This document shows positions 1 through 7,920 of a stretch of 20,000 nucleotides of DNA, in pieces (positions within the stretch are counted from its first letter, which is position 1; each line of letters begins with the position of its first letter). This DNA comes from an uncultured virus (IMG/VR IMGVR_UViG_3300013115_000259) (taxonomy: Duplodnaviria; Heunggongvirae; Uroviricota; Caudoviricetes). The notes beneath the pieces are model-generated. The model made no database searches and was not told the origin of the DNA. It worked only from the letters and a program-made list of their open reading frames with translations. Location of the stretch: the IMG/VR virus record IMGVR_UViG_3300013115_000259. One strand, 5' to 3'. The translations under genes were made by a program, and so were the position numbers.

Positions 1-239
1 ATCGTATCCTGCAGTCACTAAAAAAACCTCATGACGCTCGTGTAATGGTGCCGCTTTTGACGCGTGTATTGAAGTCGGTTACAAAGGGTGGCGTGTCTTC
101 TAAACAAACAGCAGATGCCACCAGCGCCCCGCCGGCGAAGCTGGCCAACGTAGCCGAAGCAATGGGAGAAGGCATCTTAAAAGAATCTGTCCTTGGCAGA
201 TGGAAGACGCTATCAGGAATTAGCAAGGGTGATGGATGA
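1..239 (+). CDS. 5'-truncated hypothetical protein, possibly an internal head/prohead-associated protein
   Basis: The frame is open from position 3 (RILQSLKKPHDARVMVP...) to TGA at 237-239, which overlaps the next ATG (ATGA). The C-terminus LKESVLGRWKTLSGI resembles the scaffold C-terminus (LDRMKRLAGI). Confidence 0.6.
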   Translation, partial: RILQSLKKPHDARVMVPLLTRVLKSVTKGGVSSKQTADATSAPPAKLANVAEAMGEGILKESVLGRWKTLSGISKGDG

Positions 240-652
240 AGAAGTCAGATCTCAAACGCTTAATCAAGCCTGTAGTTAAAGAGTGTATTCATGAAGTCCT
301 TCTAGAAGAGGGGCTTCTCTCGAATGTGGTGGCTGAAGTAGCTAAGGGCATGCAAGGTAATCTCGTTATGGAAACAAAAGAGGCTGCTCCGAAACGCATG
401 TTTAATGAAGATATGAAGATGCGCAAGCAGTCTAACGAATCGAGAAAGAAGGTTCAAGAACACCGTCAAAAATTGATGGAATCTATGGGAGCAGACGCAT
501 ATAATGGCGTTGATTTGTTTGAAGGAACTGAGCCGATGTCACACAGGCAGTCTGCCGCCGGCGCACCCGATTTGGGTCCTCCCGGCGATGCAGGGGTAGA
601 TATTAGTTCTATTCTCGGACATTCTTCCGCGATTTGGAAAGCAATGAAATAG
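236..652 (+). CDS. Hypothetical phage protein (138 aa, helical charged N-terminus)
   Basis: ORF coupled by an ATGA overlap to the upstream gene. N-terminus MKKSDLKRLIKPVVKECIHEVLLEEG. No function recognised. Confidence 0.7.
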   Translation: MKKSDLKRLIKPVVKECIHEVLLEEGLLSNVVAEVAKGMQGNLVMETKEAAPKRMFNEDMKMRKQSNESRKKVQEHRQKLMESMGADAYNGVDLFEGTEPMSHRQSAAGAPDLGPPGDAGVDISSILGHSSAIWKAMK

Positions 653-659
653 GTATATA

Positions 660-902
660 ATGGCAAAAACATATAATATTGGCGTAACTTCAAGAGAGAC
701 AAGGGGTAACGTTGAGAGAATGATAAAAAAATTCACTAAGAAAGTCAAGAAAGAACGCATTATTGAAGAGGTGCGTGATCGTAAGCGATATAAAAAACCA
801 TCTGTTGCTAAGAAAGAAAAACGAATTCGAGCACAACGGATGAGATTAAAAGAAGAACGAAAAAAACGTAAAGCCCAAGAAAGACGCAATAGAAAAAAAT
901 AG
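660..902 (+). CDS. rpsU: Phage-encoded 30S ribosomal protein bS21
   Basis: 80 aa, very basic. NVERMIKKFTKKVKKERIIEEVRDRKRYKKPSVAKKEKRIRAQR follows the bS21 pattern (ExxLxxFKxxxxKxxIxxExRxRxxYxKPS followed by a basic helix). Confidence 0.88.
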   Translation: MAKTYNIGVTSRETRGNVERMIKKFTKKVKKERIIEEVRDRKRYKKPSVAKKEKRIRAQRMRLKEERKKRKAQERRNRKK

Positions 903-904
903 AG

Positions 905-912
905 ACTATTTA
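905..912 (+). promoter_or_regulatory. ACTATTTA box, putative late promoter
   Basis: Exact copy of the recurring intergenic octamer, 30 nt upstream of ATG 943 and its AGGAG RBS. Confidence 0.65.
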
Positions 913-942
913 CATTGAACATAATTATTTTAGGAGATTCAT

Positions 943-1386
943 ATGCCAGGCGATTCATGGAAATTAGCACCAGGCCTACACAACGTTGGCTCTTATCAGG
1001 TGAGCGGCATTCCCTTTGTATCGGGTGGAATTGATGCTAGGACAGCCCTCAAGATTCAATTCCCCTCTGTAACTAAGTGGGTGTGGGTGCAGAATAGAGA
1101 CGACTCCAATGATTTAAAAGTGGGCTTTTCTGAAGCTGGAGTGAGAGCCGACGCTGCATGGACTGGCGCAGGATATGCGGCAGGAACGTATTTTTTTACC
1201 GTGGAAGACACTTCGACGGCGCCCGATAGAGCTTCTCATTTACCTACATTGCCCGTAAAGATTAGCGAATTGTGGCTTTCGGGATCGACTGCCGTAGATG
1301 TAATGGCTGGATTGACTTATGTTCCTAAACAGCGTACTGATACTACCCAAGGCACAAGTTGGTCGGGCTCTAACGGGGTAGGATAG
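943..1386 (+). CDS. Hypothetical virion protein, paralogue 1 of a tandem pair
   Basis: 147 aa with TAGGAG RBS. Near-identical N- and C-termini to 1421..1840 (MPGDSWKLAPGL ... AGLTYVPKQRTDT..GTSWSGS.GVG). Confidence 0.8.
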   Translation: MPGDSWKLAPGLHNVGSYQVSGIPFVSGGIDARTALKIQFPSVTKWVWVQNRDDSNDLKVGFSEAGVRADAAWTGAGYAAGTYFFTVEDTSTAPDRASHLPTLPVKISELWLSGSTAVDVMAGLTYVPKQRTDTTQGTSWSGSNGVG

Positions 1387-1420
1387 TAATGATTAAATTT
1401 ATTAATTTAGGAGATTCTTA

Positions 1421-1840
1421 ATGCCGGGAGATTCATGGAAATTAGCGCCTGGATTAAATGCTGTTGGAGCTTATCAAGTTAGCGGCATTCCATTTGCGTC
1501 GGGTGGTATTGATTGTACCACTGCTACGAAAGTTCAGTTCCCACATGTGACTAAATGGGTGTGGGTACAAAATAGATTTTCGGGAACTGGGGTTACCAAC
1601 CTTAAAATAGGCTTTTCGCAATTGGGAGTAGAAGGCGACAATTGGATTGCGTTGCCCGATAAACATTCGGGAGCACCAGATCGTGCGTCGTATCTTCCCA
1701 TTATTGATGTGAAGGTAAGCGAAATATGGCTTTCAGGATCGAGCAACGTGGATATAGTTGCAGGATTAACGTATGTTCCTAAACAAAGGACTGATACTGA
1801 CAAGGGTACCAGTTGGTCTGGTTCTGCAGGGGTAGGATAA
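1421..1840 (+). CDS. Hypothetical virion protein, paralogue 2 of a tandem pair
   Basis: 139 aa with the same TTTAGGAGATTC RBS context as paralogue 1 and a clear protein-level duplication. Confidence 0.8.
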   Translation: MPGDSWKLAPGLNAVGAYQVSGIPFASGGIDCTTATKVQFPHVTKWVWVQNRFSGTGVTNLKIGFSQLGVEGDNWIALPDKHSGAPDRASYLPIIDVKVSEIWLSGSSNVDIVAGLTYVPKQRTDTDKGTSWSGSAGVG

Positions 1841-1843
1841 GAG

Positions 1844-2524
1844 ATGGCATCGTTTGGATGGGCATATGTTGATTGTACAGAGACTGATGGAGCTTTTAGT
1901 GGGCCCACTGGTTCGGTTTTATTTGTAACGGGTACAAAAAAAGCCACTGGTGTTACTAATTTTATGTACTATACAGCCTCTACTGGCGAATTAGCAGCTA
2001 GTACATTGGTGTTGACAGGAACTCTTATTGTTAGTGGGAATATTAGCGCTAGCCATTATCATATTGAAAATGTTGCTGTTATTGATTCCACTGGTTCTAC
2101 TTATTTCGGTAATAGTAACGATGATATGCATCGCCGTACCGGTAGTTTAACTGTGATGTCGGGCGCAACGTATTTATTTAGTGCATCGGCTATAACAGAA
2201 AGGGTGTGGGTAAGAGGATTTGGCGCAAAATATTCAGCAGTTGGAGTAGCCGCTAATCCGTATCATGTTTCTTCTAGTGATTATATTTTGGGAGTTAAAG
2301 ATAGTAATAATGTAACCATATATCTTCCTAGCGCATCAGTGTCGCGACCCGGGGCCATGTTATTGGTAAAAGATCAAGTTACTTCCCGCGCCACTAAAAT
2401 AGTAATTTCAGCTTCTGTTCCTGCGGGCGGTTTCACTATTGATGGCGATTCTTATTATACTATGGCTGGCACCATGGCAGCAATTAGTCTATATTCGGAC
2501 GGAACGAATTGGTTTGTATATTAG
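1844..2524 (+). CDS. Fibre/decoration-like structural protein (paralogue family member 1)
   Basis: 226 aa, S/T/G/A-rich. C-terminal domain DYILGV..NVTIYLPSA..G..LLVKD..TIDG..ISLYSDGTNWFVY is shared with the next three genes. Confidence 0.65.
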   Translation: MASFGWAYVDCTETDGAFSGPTGSVLFVTGTKKATGVTNFMYYTASTGELAASTLVLTGTLIVSGNISASHYHIENVAVIDSTGSTYFGNSNDDMHRRTGSLTVMSGATYLFSASAITERVWVRGFGAKYSAVGVAANPYHVSSSDYILGVKDSNNVTIYLPSASVSRPGAMLLVKDQVTSRATKIVISASVPAGGFTIDGDSYYTMAGTMAAISLYSDGTNWFVY

Positions 2525-2539
2525 GAGGAGCGGTGTTGA

Positions 2540-3589
2540 ATGGCATACAATGTTTTATCTGGCACCGTAATTGCCGCCCAAGAATATACACCTAGTACGC
2601 TTGTTGTCGGAAACATTGTTTCCGGAAATCTGAGCACTTCGGATGGAGCTAACGTTATTAATGTTCCACGTGTATCTAATGCCACTAATAATGCGATTCT
2701 TACTAATGTAGGTGGTGACGCGAACTCTATAACGTGCGAATCAAATCTGACTTTTGATGGGAGCACGTTGTCTCTCACTGGCGATCTTACTGCTAGTGTG
2801 GGAGTTTCTGCGTCCTATTTTGAGGGCGACGGCAGTAGATTAACAGGAATTAGTGCCGGCGGTGGTGGTGGAGGGGGTTCCGCCTCTGCAGGGCCCGCAT
2901 ATTCATTACAGTTTGTAACAGCATCGGGAAGAAGCGGCACAACCGGATCCGTCAAATTATTATACTCTAGTAATAATTTAACGTTTACAGGAAGTCTTAG
3001 GGTGAGTGGCACCACTTATTTGGATGGCAATTTGGTGCCTACTTTGGGAAGTACTCATGACTTAGGAACGTCTGCTAATCCGTGGGGATCATTATATGTG
3101 GATGCCGGCACAATTTATATGGGCTCTGACGCTCTTACGGTAGCTGATAATAACTTGAAATTTGGCTCTGGAAGTACTACAAAAGGCTTTGATGTAGGCT
3201 TTATGAATTTTAAGAATAATGGAATCTTTATGGATCCAGGATTTTTGTTTAAGCTCCGAGCTTATCAAATTCAAATGTTTGGGGGGATTGGATATGTTAG
3301 AAGAGTAGTGGCAGATGATTATACAATTCAAGAAATTGATTATTTAGTAGGAATCCAATCAGACACTCTTACAGCTTCAGTTACATTAACTCTTCCTTCT
3401 GCCGATGGTGTCTTAAATGGGCAGACATATGCTATAAAAGACGAGGGAGGTAACGCTTCAACGTATCCAGTGATTATAAGGACTCAGGGAAGCGATACTA
3501 TTGATGGGCAAACTTCAATAGTTTTAGAATCACCTTATGCAGCAATTCAGCTTTATTGCAACGGGCTCAATAAATACTTCGTTTACTAG
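2540..3589 (+). CDS. Fibre/decoration-like structural protein (paralogue family member 2)
   Basis: 349 aa with AGGAGG RBS. Contains SNLTFDGSTL, a Gly6 linker, the fibre-type motif LVPTLGSTHDLGTSANPWGSLY, and the shared C-terminal domain (TLTLPSA..IKDEGG..TIDG..ESPYAAIQLYCNGLNKYFVY). Confidence 0.65.
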   Translation: MAYNVLSGTVIAAQEYTPSTLVVGNIVSGNLSTSDGANVINVPRVSNATNNAILTNVGGDANSITCESNLTFDGSTLSLTGDLTASVGVSASYFEGDGSRLTGISAGGGGGGGSASAGPAYSLQFVTASGRSGTTGSVKLLYSSNNLTFTGSLRVSGTTYLDGNLVPTLGSTHDLGTSANPWGSLYVDAGTIYMGSDALTVADNNLKFGSGSTTKGFDVGFMNFKNNGIFMDPGFLFKLRAYQIQMFGGIGYVRRVVADDYTIQEIDYLVGIQSDTLTASVTLTLPSADGVLNGQTYAIKDEGGNASTYPVIIRTQGSDTIDGQTSIVLESPYAAIQLYCNGLNKYFVY

Positions 3590-3609
3590 AAATTTAAAGG
3601 ATCCAGGCG

Positions 3610-3617
3610 CCTATTTA
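3610..3617 (+). promoter_or_regulatory. CCTATTTA, variant of the putative late promoter box
   Basis: 7/8 match to ACTATTTA, intergenic, just upstream of the twin-hairpin leader. Confidence 0.55.
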
Positions 3618-3622
3618 GTAAT

Positions 3623-3684
3623 AAGCGGGGATACGTGTATGCGTAATCTCGCTTGCATTTGGATAGGTGTATGCCTATTCAGAT
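3623..3684 (+). promoter_or_regulatory. Structured 5' leader: two tandem hairpins sharing a GTGTATGC apex
   Basis: Hairpin 1 (3623-3654) has 13 pairs including G-U plus one A-A mismatch. Hairpin 2 (3657-3684) has 12 consecutive pairs including G-U. Both have a GUAU loop closed by U-G then G-C. Confidence 0.65.
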
Positions 3685-3714
3685 AAGCTAACTATTTCTT
3701 GGAGGATATATAAT

Positions 3715-5274
3715 ATGGCTTATAAATTTCAATTTGGGGCTGCTACTATGAGTGGCTCCTTAGTACAGGAGGAAGGTATTACTACGACCACACTTAGTGC
3801 AACTGGTGATGTCGATCTGGGTAACGCTACTACCGATACTGTTACAGTAACCGGTCAGTTTGATTCGGATCTTATCCCTTCTACTGATAGTGCCCGTGAT
3901 TTGGGTACTTCTGCTAAACAATGGGCGGAAGCTCACATCGATGCTGGTTACATCGATGCAATTACAGTAACTGGTACGTCAACTTTGACTACTGTTGATA
4001 TCAACGGTGGTAATATTGATGGAACCGTAATTGGTGCTGCATCCGTTGCAGCTGGTACATTTGCCGCTGTTGCTGGAACAACGGGTACCTACTCTGGTGT
4101 TCTTAAGACAGACGATACAACTGAAGCAACTTCAACAACTGACGGTTCTTTACAGACCGATGGTGGTTTAAGTGTTGCTAAGAGTGCAGTTATCGGTGAT
4201 GACTTGGACCTCTTGTCTGATTCGTCAGTTCTTTCGATGGGCCTCGGCTCGGATATTACGTTTACTCATGATGGTACAACTGGTCTAACCATTGCTGCTA
4301 CGCCAATCTCTGTTAAATCAGTTGGAGATTTAACTCTGTCTTCGTCCACCGACATCGTTCTCGATGCTATTGGTGGAAACTTTGAATTCAAAGATGCCGG
4401 TACTGCAAAATTGACTATCGATCTTGATACCACTGCAGGCGACGTTGATGTAAATCTCATGGTTGATGGCGATGATTTGGTTTTCAATCAGTTTGATGGA
4501 ACTGAAGTAATGAGATTAACGGATGACGGCGAAGTTCAAATTACGGCAGGACTCATACCAGACGCCAACGATGGTGCTTATCTCGGTACAACTGCCAAAC
4601 AGTTTAGCGATCTCTTCCTTGCGGAAGGTGCCGTTATCAACTTTGATAATGGTGATTTGACGCTGACACAAACTGGCGATGCTCTGGTTCTTGCCGGCGA
4701 CGGTGTTCCTAAGTTAACTGCTACTCTGACTAACGCGCTTTCTAAAGCTGCTAACTCAGGTTTGGGCGGAACGACTTATGACGCTTCTTCTGCTGTTTCC
4801 GACTGGAAACTAGACATGAACACGCTAACCGCAGCTGCAGTTGATGTGGCTCTCGATAGTGTTGCTATCATTGATTCTAGTGACTCTAATCAAACACGCA
4901 AAGAAAGCATTGCGGACTTAGTTTCAGGAATGGCGGGAACTGGTCTTTCCGCTACCAATGGAGTACTTTCTGTTGGCGCTGCAAGCACTCCTAATGGAAT
5001 TGGAGATGCCAATGCAGTCATGGCAGAAGGGCTTAACTATGGTACCGCTACTTTCACTGCTGCTCGTGTTTGGACGATGCTTGGTTCGGTTAACTTATCT
5101 GCTGGCGATGTTGTTCGCGTGAAGGCTCCTGCTGGAGTTTCCACTACTAACACGTTGACGATCACTGCTAGTGGTGCACAGACTTTCGATGGAGAATCAA
5201 TCTTGAAGATTGAATCACCTTATGGTGGTATCTCTCTTTTCTACGTTGCTGCTGATACATTTGTGATTATCTAA
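3715..5274 (+). CDS. Long fibre-like structural protein (paralogue family member 3), 519 aa
   Basis: Start moved from GTG 3667 to ATG 3715 because GGAGG lies at 3701-3705 and MAYKF matches the MAYNV starts of the paralogues. T/D/G/A-rich, with two LIP..D...LGT..KQ(W/F) repeats and the shared C-terminal domain (TFDG..IESPYGGISLFYVAADTFVII). Confidence 0.7.
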   Translation: MAYKFQFGAATMSGSLVQEEGITTTTLSATGDVDLGNATTDTVTVTGQFDSDLIPSTDSARDLGTSAKQWAEAHIDAGYIDAITVTGTSTLTTVDINGGNIDGTVIGAASVAAGTFAAVAGTTGTYSGVLKTDDTTEATSTTDGSLQTDGGLSVAKSAVIGDDLDLLSDSSVLSMGLGSDITFTHDGTTGLTIAATPISVKSVGDLTLSSSTDIVLDAIGGNFEFKDAGTAKLTIDLDTTAGDVDVNLMVDGDDLVFNQFDGTEVMRLTDDGEVQITAGLIPDANDGAYLGTTAKQFSDLFLAEGAVINFDNGDLTLTQTGDALVLAGDGVPKLTATLTNALSKAANSGLGGTTYDASSAVSDWKLDMNTLTAAAVDVALDSVAIIDSSDSNQTRKESIADLVSGMAGTGLSATNGVLSVGAASTPNGIGDANAVMAEGLNYGTATFTAARVWTMLGSVNLSAGDVVRVKAPAGVSTTNTLTITASGAQTFDGESILKIESPYGGISLFYVAADTFVII

Positions 5275-5311
5275 TCTACGGCTTTCCTTAGATTTAAGAT
5301 CATATCTTTTT

Positions 5312-5346
5312 GGATGTCCCTCTTTACGGGGGGCATCCTTTTTTTT
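5312..5346 (+). terminator. Rho-independent terminator
   Basis: GGATGTCCCTC-ttta(c)-GGGGGGCATCC stem followed by T8. Confidence 0.85.
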
Positions 5347-5348
5347 AG

Positions 5349-5356
5349 ACTATTTA
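5349..5356 (+). promoter_or_regulatory. ACTATTTA box, putative late promoter
   Basis: Exact octamer 2 nt after the terminator T-tract, upstream of ATG 5392. Confidence 0.65.
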
Positions 5357-5391
5357 AGTAATGAAGCTAATTATTTGCGAGAGGATATAGA

Positions 5392-6537
5392 ATGGCTTAT
5401 AATGTTATTAAAGGGAAAATGGATGGTTTAGTAGGGCAACACGGCGATCAAGAAATAGAAGGAATTAAAGTTTTTAAAAATGTATTGAGCGCCAGTGTTT
5501 TTTACGATACTGATGCTGAAAGTCCTTGTGCTACTGAAAACAAAGTTGCTTTTGACGAATTAGTATTTGGGATCCCCAATGGCATCCTTGTATATGAAGG
5601 AGATAAAAAAGTCAAAACACCTTCTAATTTAACTTTTGATGGAAGTACACTTCATGGAGATCATGCTCATTTTGGCTTTTTTAAAGGATCCGCCAAAGAG
5701 CTACACCATATTCCGGGAGAGAAGGTAATTGGAAAGGTAAAGGGCGAAAATGTTAATTATGGTAGTGGTTTAGAAGCACACAGAGGCGTCTTAAAAGTGT
5801 GCGCTAAAAATGGCATCACTGTACTGGAAGAAGGAGTTCAGGTAGATGTGGCAATGGATGGTGGACTATCCTTTAAAAATCAAAAGCTTGTTATTAATCC
5901 TTCTCATACTGTAGACATCGCCACCGGTGGCCAGAACATTAGTGATGGCGATATGATTCTCATACACGATTTAACACGAGGAGAAGTAAGACACACTACA
6001 GTAAAAAATTTATATGATGCCTCTATTGCGTTAAAGATTCCTCAGCCCGCCGGCGTTCGACACAGTCTCCAATACAAGGGCGCCAAAGAATGTGAGGGCA
6101 GCGCTAACTTGATATTTGATCCTCGCAGCGATGTTCTATCTGTCAAGGGAACTGTTAAAGCATTAAGTGCACAAATTTCGGAGAAGATGGAGATAAATGG
6201 CGATTTAGAAATAAATGGCGCTCTCTATAAAGACATAAAAGTTGTCAAAGATAAAACATACGACTTCCAGGCGTCAGATAGTACAGTGTTGTTTGATACT
6301 ACCGAACACAGAATTGAGGCAACGCTACCTCATCCTAAAGATAATCGCGGCAGAATTATTACAATTAAAACTTTTGCAGAACAAAAATATAAATTAAGCT
6401 GCCATGCTTTAACCATTGCCGCAGAGGATGGCTTGATAGATTTTTCTAAAGAAATCCGAATTAAAAATAATTATTCAATTCGTACCTTTCACTGTGATGG
6501 CGAGAATTGGTGGATTGTAAACAGAAGTGGCACATAA
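5392..6537 (+). CDS. Fibre/decoration-like protein (paralogue family member 4, charged variant)
   Basis: 381 aa with GAGAGG RBS. MAYNV start and SNLTFDGSTL shared with 2540..3589. C-terminal ATLPHP..GRIITIK..LIDF..TFHCDGENWWIV. Confidence 0.65.
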   Translation: MAYNVIKGKMDGLVGQHGDQEIEGIKVFKNVLSASVFYDTDAESPCATENKVAFDELVFGIPNGILVYEGDKKVKTPSNLTFDGSTLHGDHAHFGFFKGSAKELHHIPGEKVIGKVKGENVNYGSGLEAHRGVLKVCAKNGITVLEEGVQVDVAMDGGLSFKNQKLVINPSHTVDIATGGQNISDGDMILIHDLTRGEVRHTTVKNLYDASIALKIPQPAGVRHSLQYKGAKECEGSANLIFDPRSDVLSVKGTVKALSAQISEKMEINGDLEINGALYKDIKVVKDKTYDFQASDSTVLFDTTEHRIEATLPHPKDNRGRIITIKTFAEQKYKLSCHALTIAAEDGLIDFSKEIRIKNNYSIRTFHCDGENWWIVNRSGT

Positions 6538-6562
6538 TAATAGTCTTTTTGCTATAGAGGGT

Positions 6563-6570
6563 ACTATTTA
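6563..6570 (+). promoter_or_regulatory. ACTATTTA box, putative late promoter for scaffold plus major capsid
   Basis: Exact octamer in the intergenic gap before ATG 6604. Confidence 0.65.
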
Positions 6571-6603
6571 TTTTTGAATTATTGTTTTTTTAGGAGCTAA
6601 TTA

Positions 6604-7902
6604 ATGTCAACATTGCTAAAAGAAGCCATCATTGATGCTAAGGCGTTACGAGATGCCGCATTAAAGACGGCAGAATCCTCGATTGTAGAGAAGTATTCTG
6701 ATGAGGTGCGCACAGCACTCGATAAACTTTTAGAACAAGAAGATCCCCTTGCCGCCGATCCAATGGCGGCCGATCCGATGGCGGCCGATCCGATGGCGGC
6801 GGATCCCTTGGCTGCTGATCCCATGATGGGGATCGAGGGAGCAGAAGGAGCCGAAGTTGAAGATATCGTGGATGGAGTTCCTTTATCTGCAACAGATAAT
6901 TTGTCTGAAATGGAAGGCGAAGGATTAAAACATTTAGAAGATGAAGGAGAAAATGTGAAAGTGACTGTTGATTTAGATGCTCTTGCGGAGGCTATAGAGT
7001 CTCTACAAACTGAGACGGGTGGAGGCGGACGATCTCCTAGTGATCCGGGCGTAGCTAAAAAAGACATCGCCGGAAAACAACCCAAACATTCATGGGAATC
7101 CGAAGAGGATGATGAACTAGAAGAAGAAATTGATATTAATGAAGAAGATTTAATTAAGATGGTGGCAGAAGCTACAGCAGGAATTACTGCTGCAGCACAA
7201 GAAGAAGCCGATGTAGACGCTATGGACTCTTTAGAAGGGGGTGGAAAATCAAGTGGCGGAAGCGAAGCTGTTGAGGCTGATGTCATGGGAACGGAAGACG
7301 AAGAAGGCGAAAAACAAGAAGAAGGCCTAGAGATTCCCGATGAGTTAATTGATGCCATCGCAGAAAAGCTCACAGTAGATATGGGCGCCACATTAGGTGG
7401 ATGGGCAGGACGCTCATCCGAAAGTCAGAAGTGGGAGATGGGAAAAGAAATTGCTCATCGTCGTACTACTGATGTTAAAAAAGATTTAGATGTTTTGAGA
7501 AAAGCTCAAGAAGAGTTGGTTTTTGAAAATAAGCAACTCAAAGCGAGCAATAAAAAATATAAGCAGGCTGTTGGAGAAATAAAAGAAACCTTGCAAGAGG
7601 TTAATATTTCAAATGCGCGCTTGCTTTACACGAACCGTGTTTTGAGAAATACCTCCCTAAATGAGCGGCAAAAAGATAAAATTGCCGAAGCTATTTCTAA
7701 TGCTGGTTCAGTTATGGAGGCAAAGACAATATTTGAAACGCTTGAAAGCGCAGCGCCGGCACAAACTAAACGTGCCCCACAATCGTTGAGCGAAGCAATC
7801 AATCGTCCGTCTTCAATTATCCGTGCATCTCGCAGAGAAGCACAAACAACTGATCCATTCTTAGACAGAATGAAAAGGTTAGCCGGAATTAAGAATAACT
7901 AA
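6604..7902 (+). CDS. Prohead core/scaffolding protein (positional analogue of T4 gp22)
   Basis: 432 aa, very acidic low-complexity middle and coiled-coil C-terminal third, directly upstream of the MCP. Many (L/I)xE motifs. TAGGAG RBS. Confidence 0.75.
   Translation: MSTLLKEAIIDAKALRDAALKTAESSIVEKYSDEVRTALDKLLEQEDPLAADPMAADPMAADPMAADPLAADPMMGIEGAEGAEVEDIVDGVPLSATDNLSEMEGEGLKHLEDEGENVKVTVDLDALAEAIESLQTETGGGGRSPSDPGVAKKDIAGKQPKHSWESEEDDELEEEIDINEEDLIKMVAEATAGITAAAQEEADVDAMDSLEGGGKSSGGSEAVEADVMGTEDEEGEKQEEGLEIPDELIDAIAEKLTVDMGATLGGWAGRSSESQKWEMGKEIAHRRTTDVKKDLDVLRKAQEELVFENKQLKASNKKYKQAVGEIKETLQEVNISNARLLYTNRVLRNTSLNERQKDKIAEAISNAGSVMEAKTIFETLESAAPAQTKRAPQSLSEAINRPSSIIRASRREAQTTDPFLDRMKRLAGIKNN
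6742..6828 (+). repeat. 15-bp tandem repeat encoding DP(L/M)AA x5 plus a partial DPMM
   Basis: GATCCN(A/C/T)TNGCNGCN units read in frame within the scaffold gene. Confidence 0.9.
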
Positions 7903-7920
7903 AAAGGAGGTATTTAAATT

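Noticed and set aside
943..1840. Diversity-generating retroelement template/variable repeat pair
   Set aside because: Differences are not adenine-specific, both copies are full genes, and no reverse transcriptase is in the window.
900..3589. Stop-codon reassignment (TAG or TGA read as sense), as seen in some large phages
   Set aside because: Genes are full length under the standard code, and TAG at 1384-1386 sits exactly where the paralogue has TAA.
3691..3698. ACTATTTC, a near match to the promoter box
   Set aside because: It is only 2 nt from the RBS, so a transcript starting downstream would lose the SD. It also lacks the final A kept in all other copies.
3667..3714. ORF-track GTG start for the 535-aa protein
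   Set aside because: It lies inside hairpin 2. ATG 3715 has a GGAGG RBS and gives a MAY N-terminus like the paralogues.
6742..6828. CRISPR-like array
   Set aside because: The 15-bp units are contiguous with no spacers and vary at synonymous positions, so this is a coding repeat.
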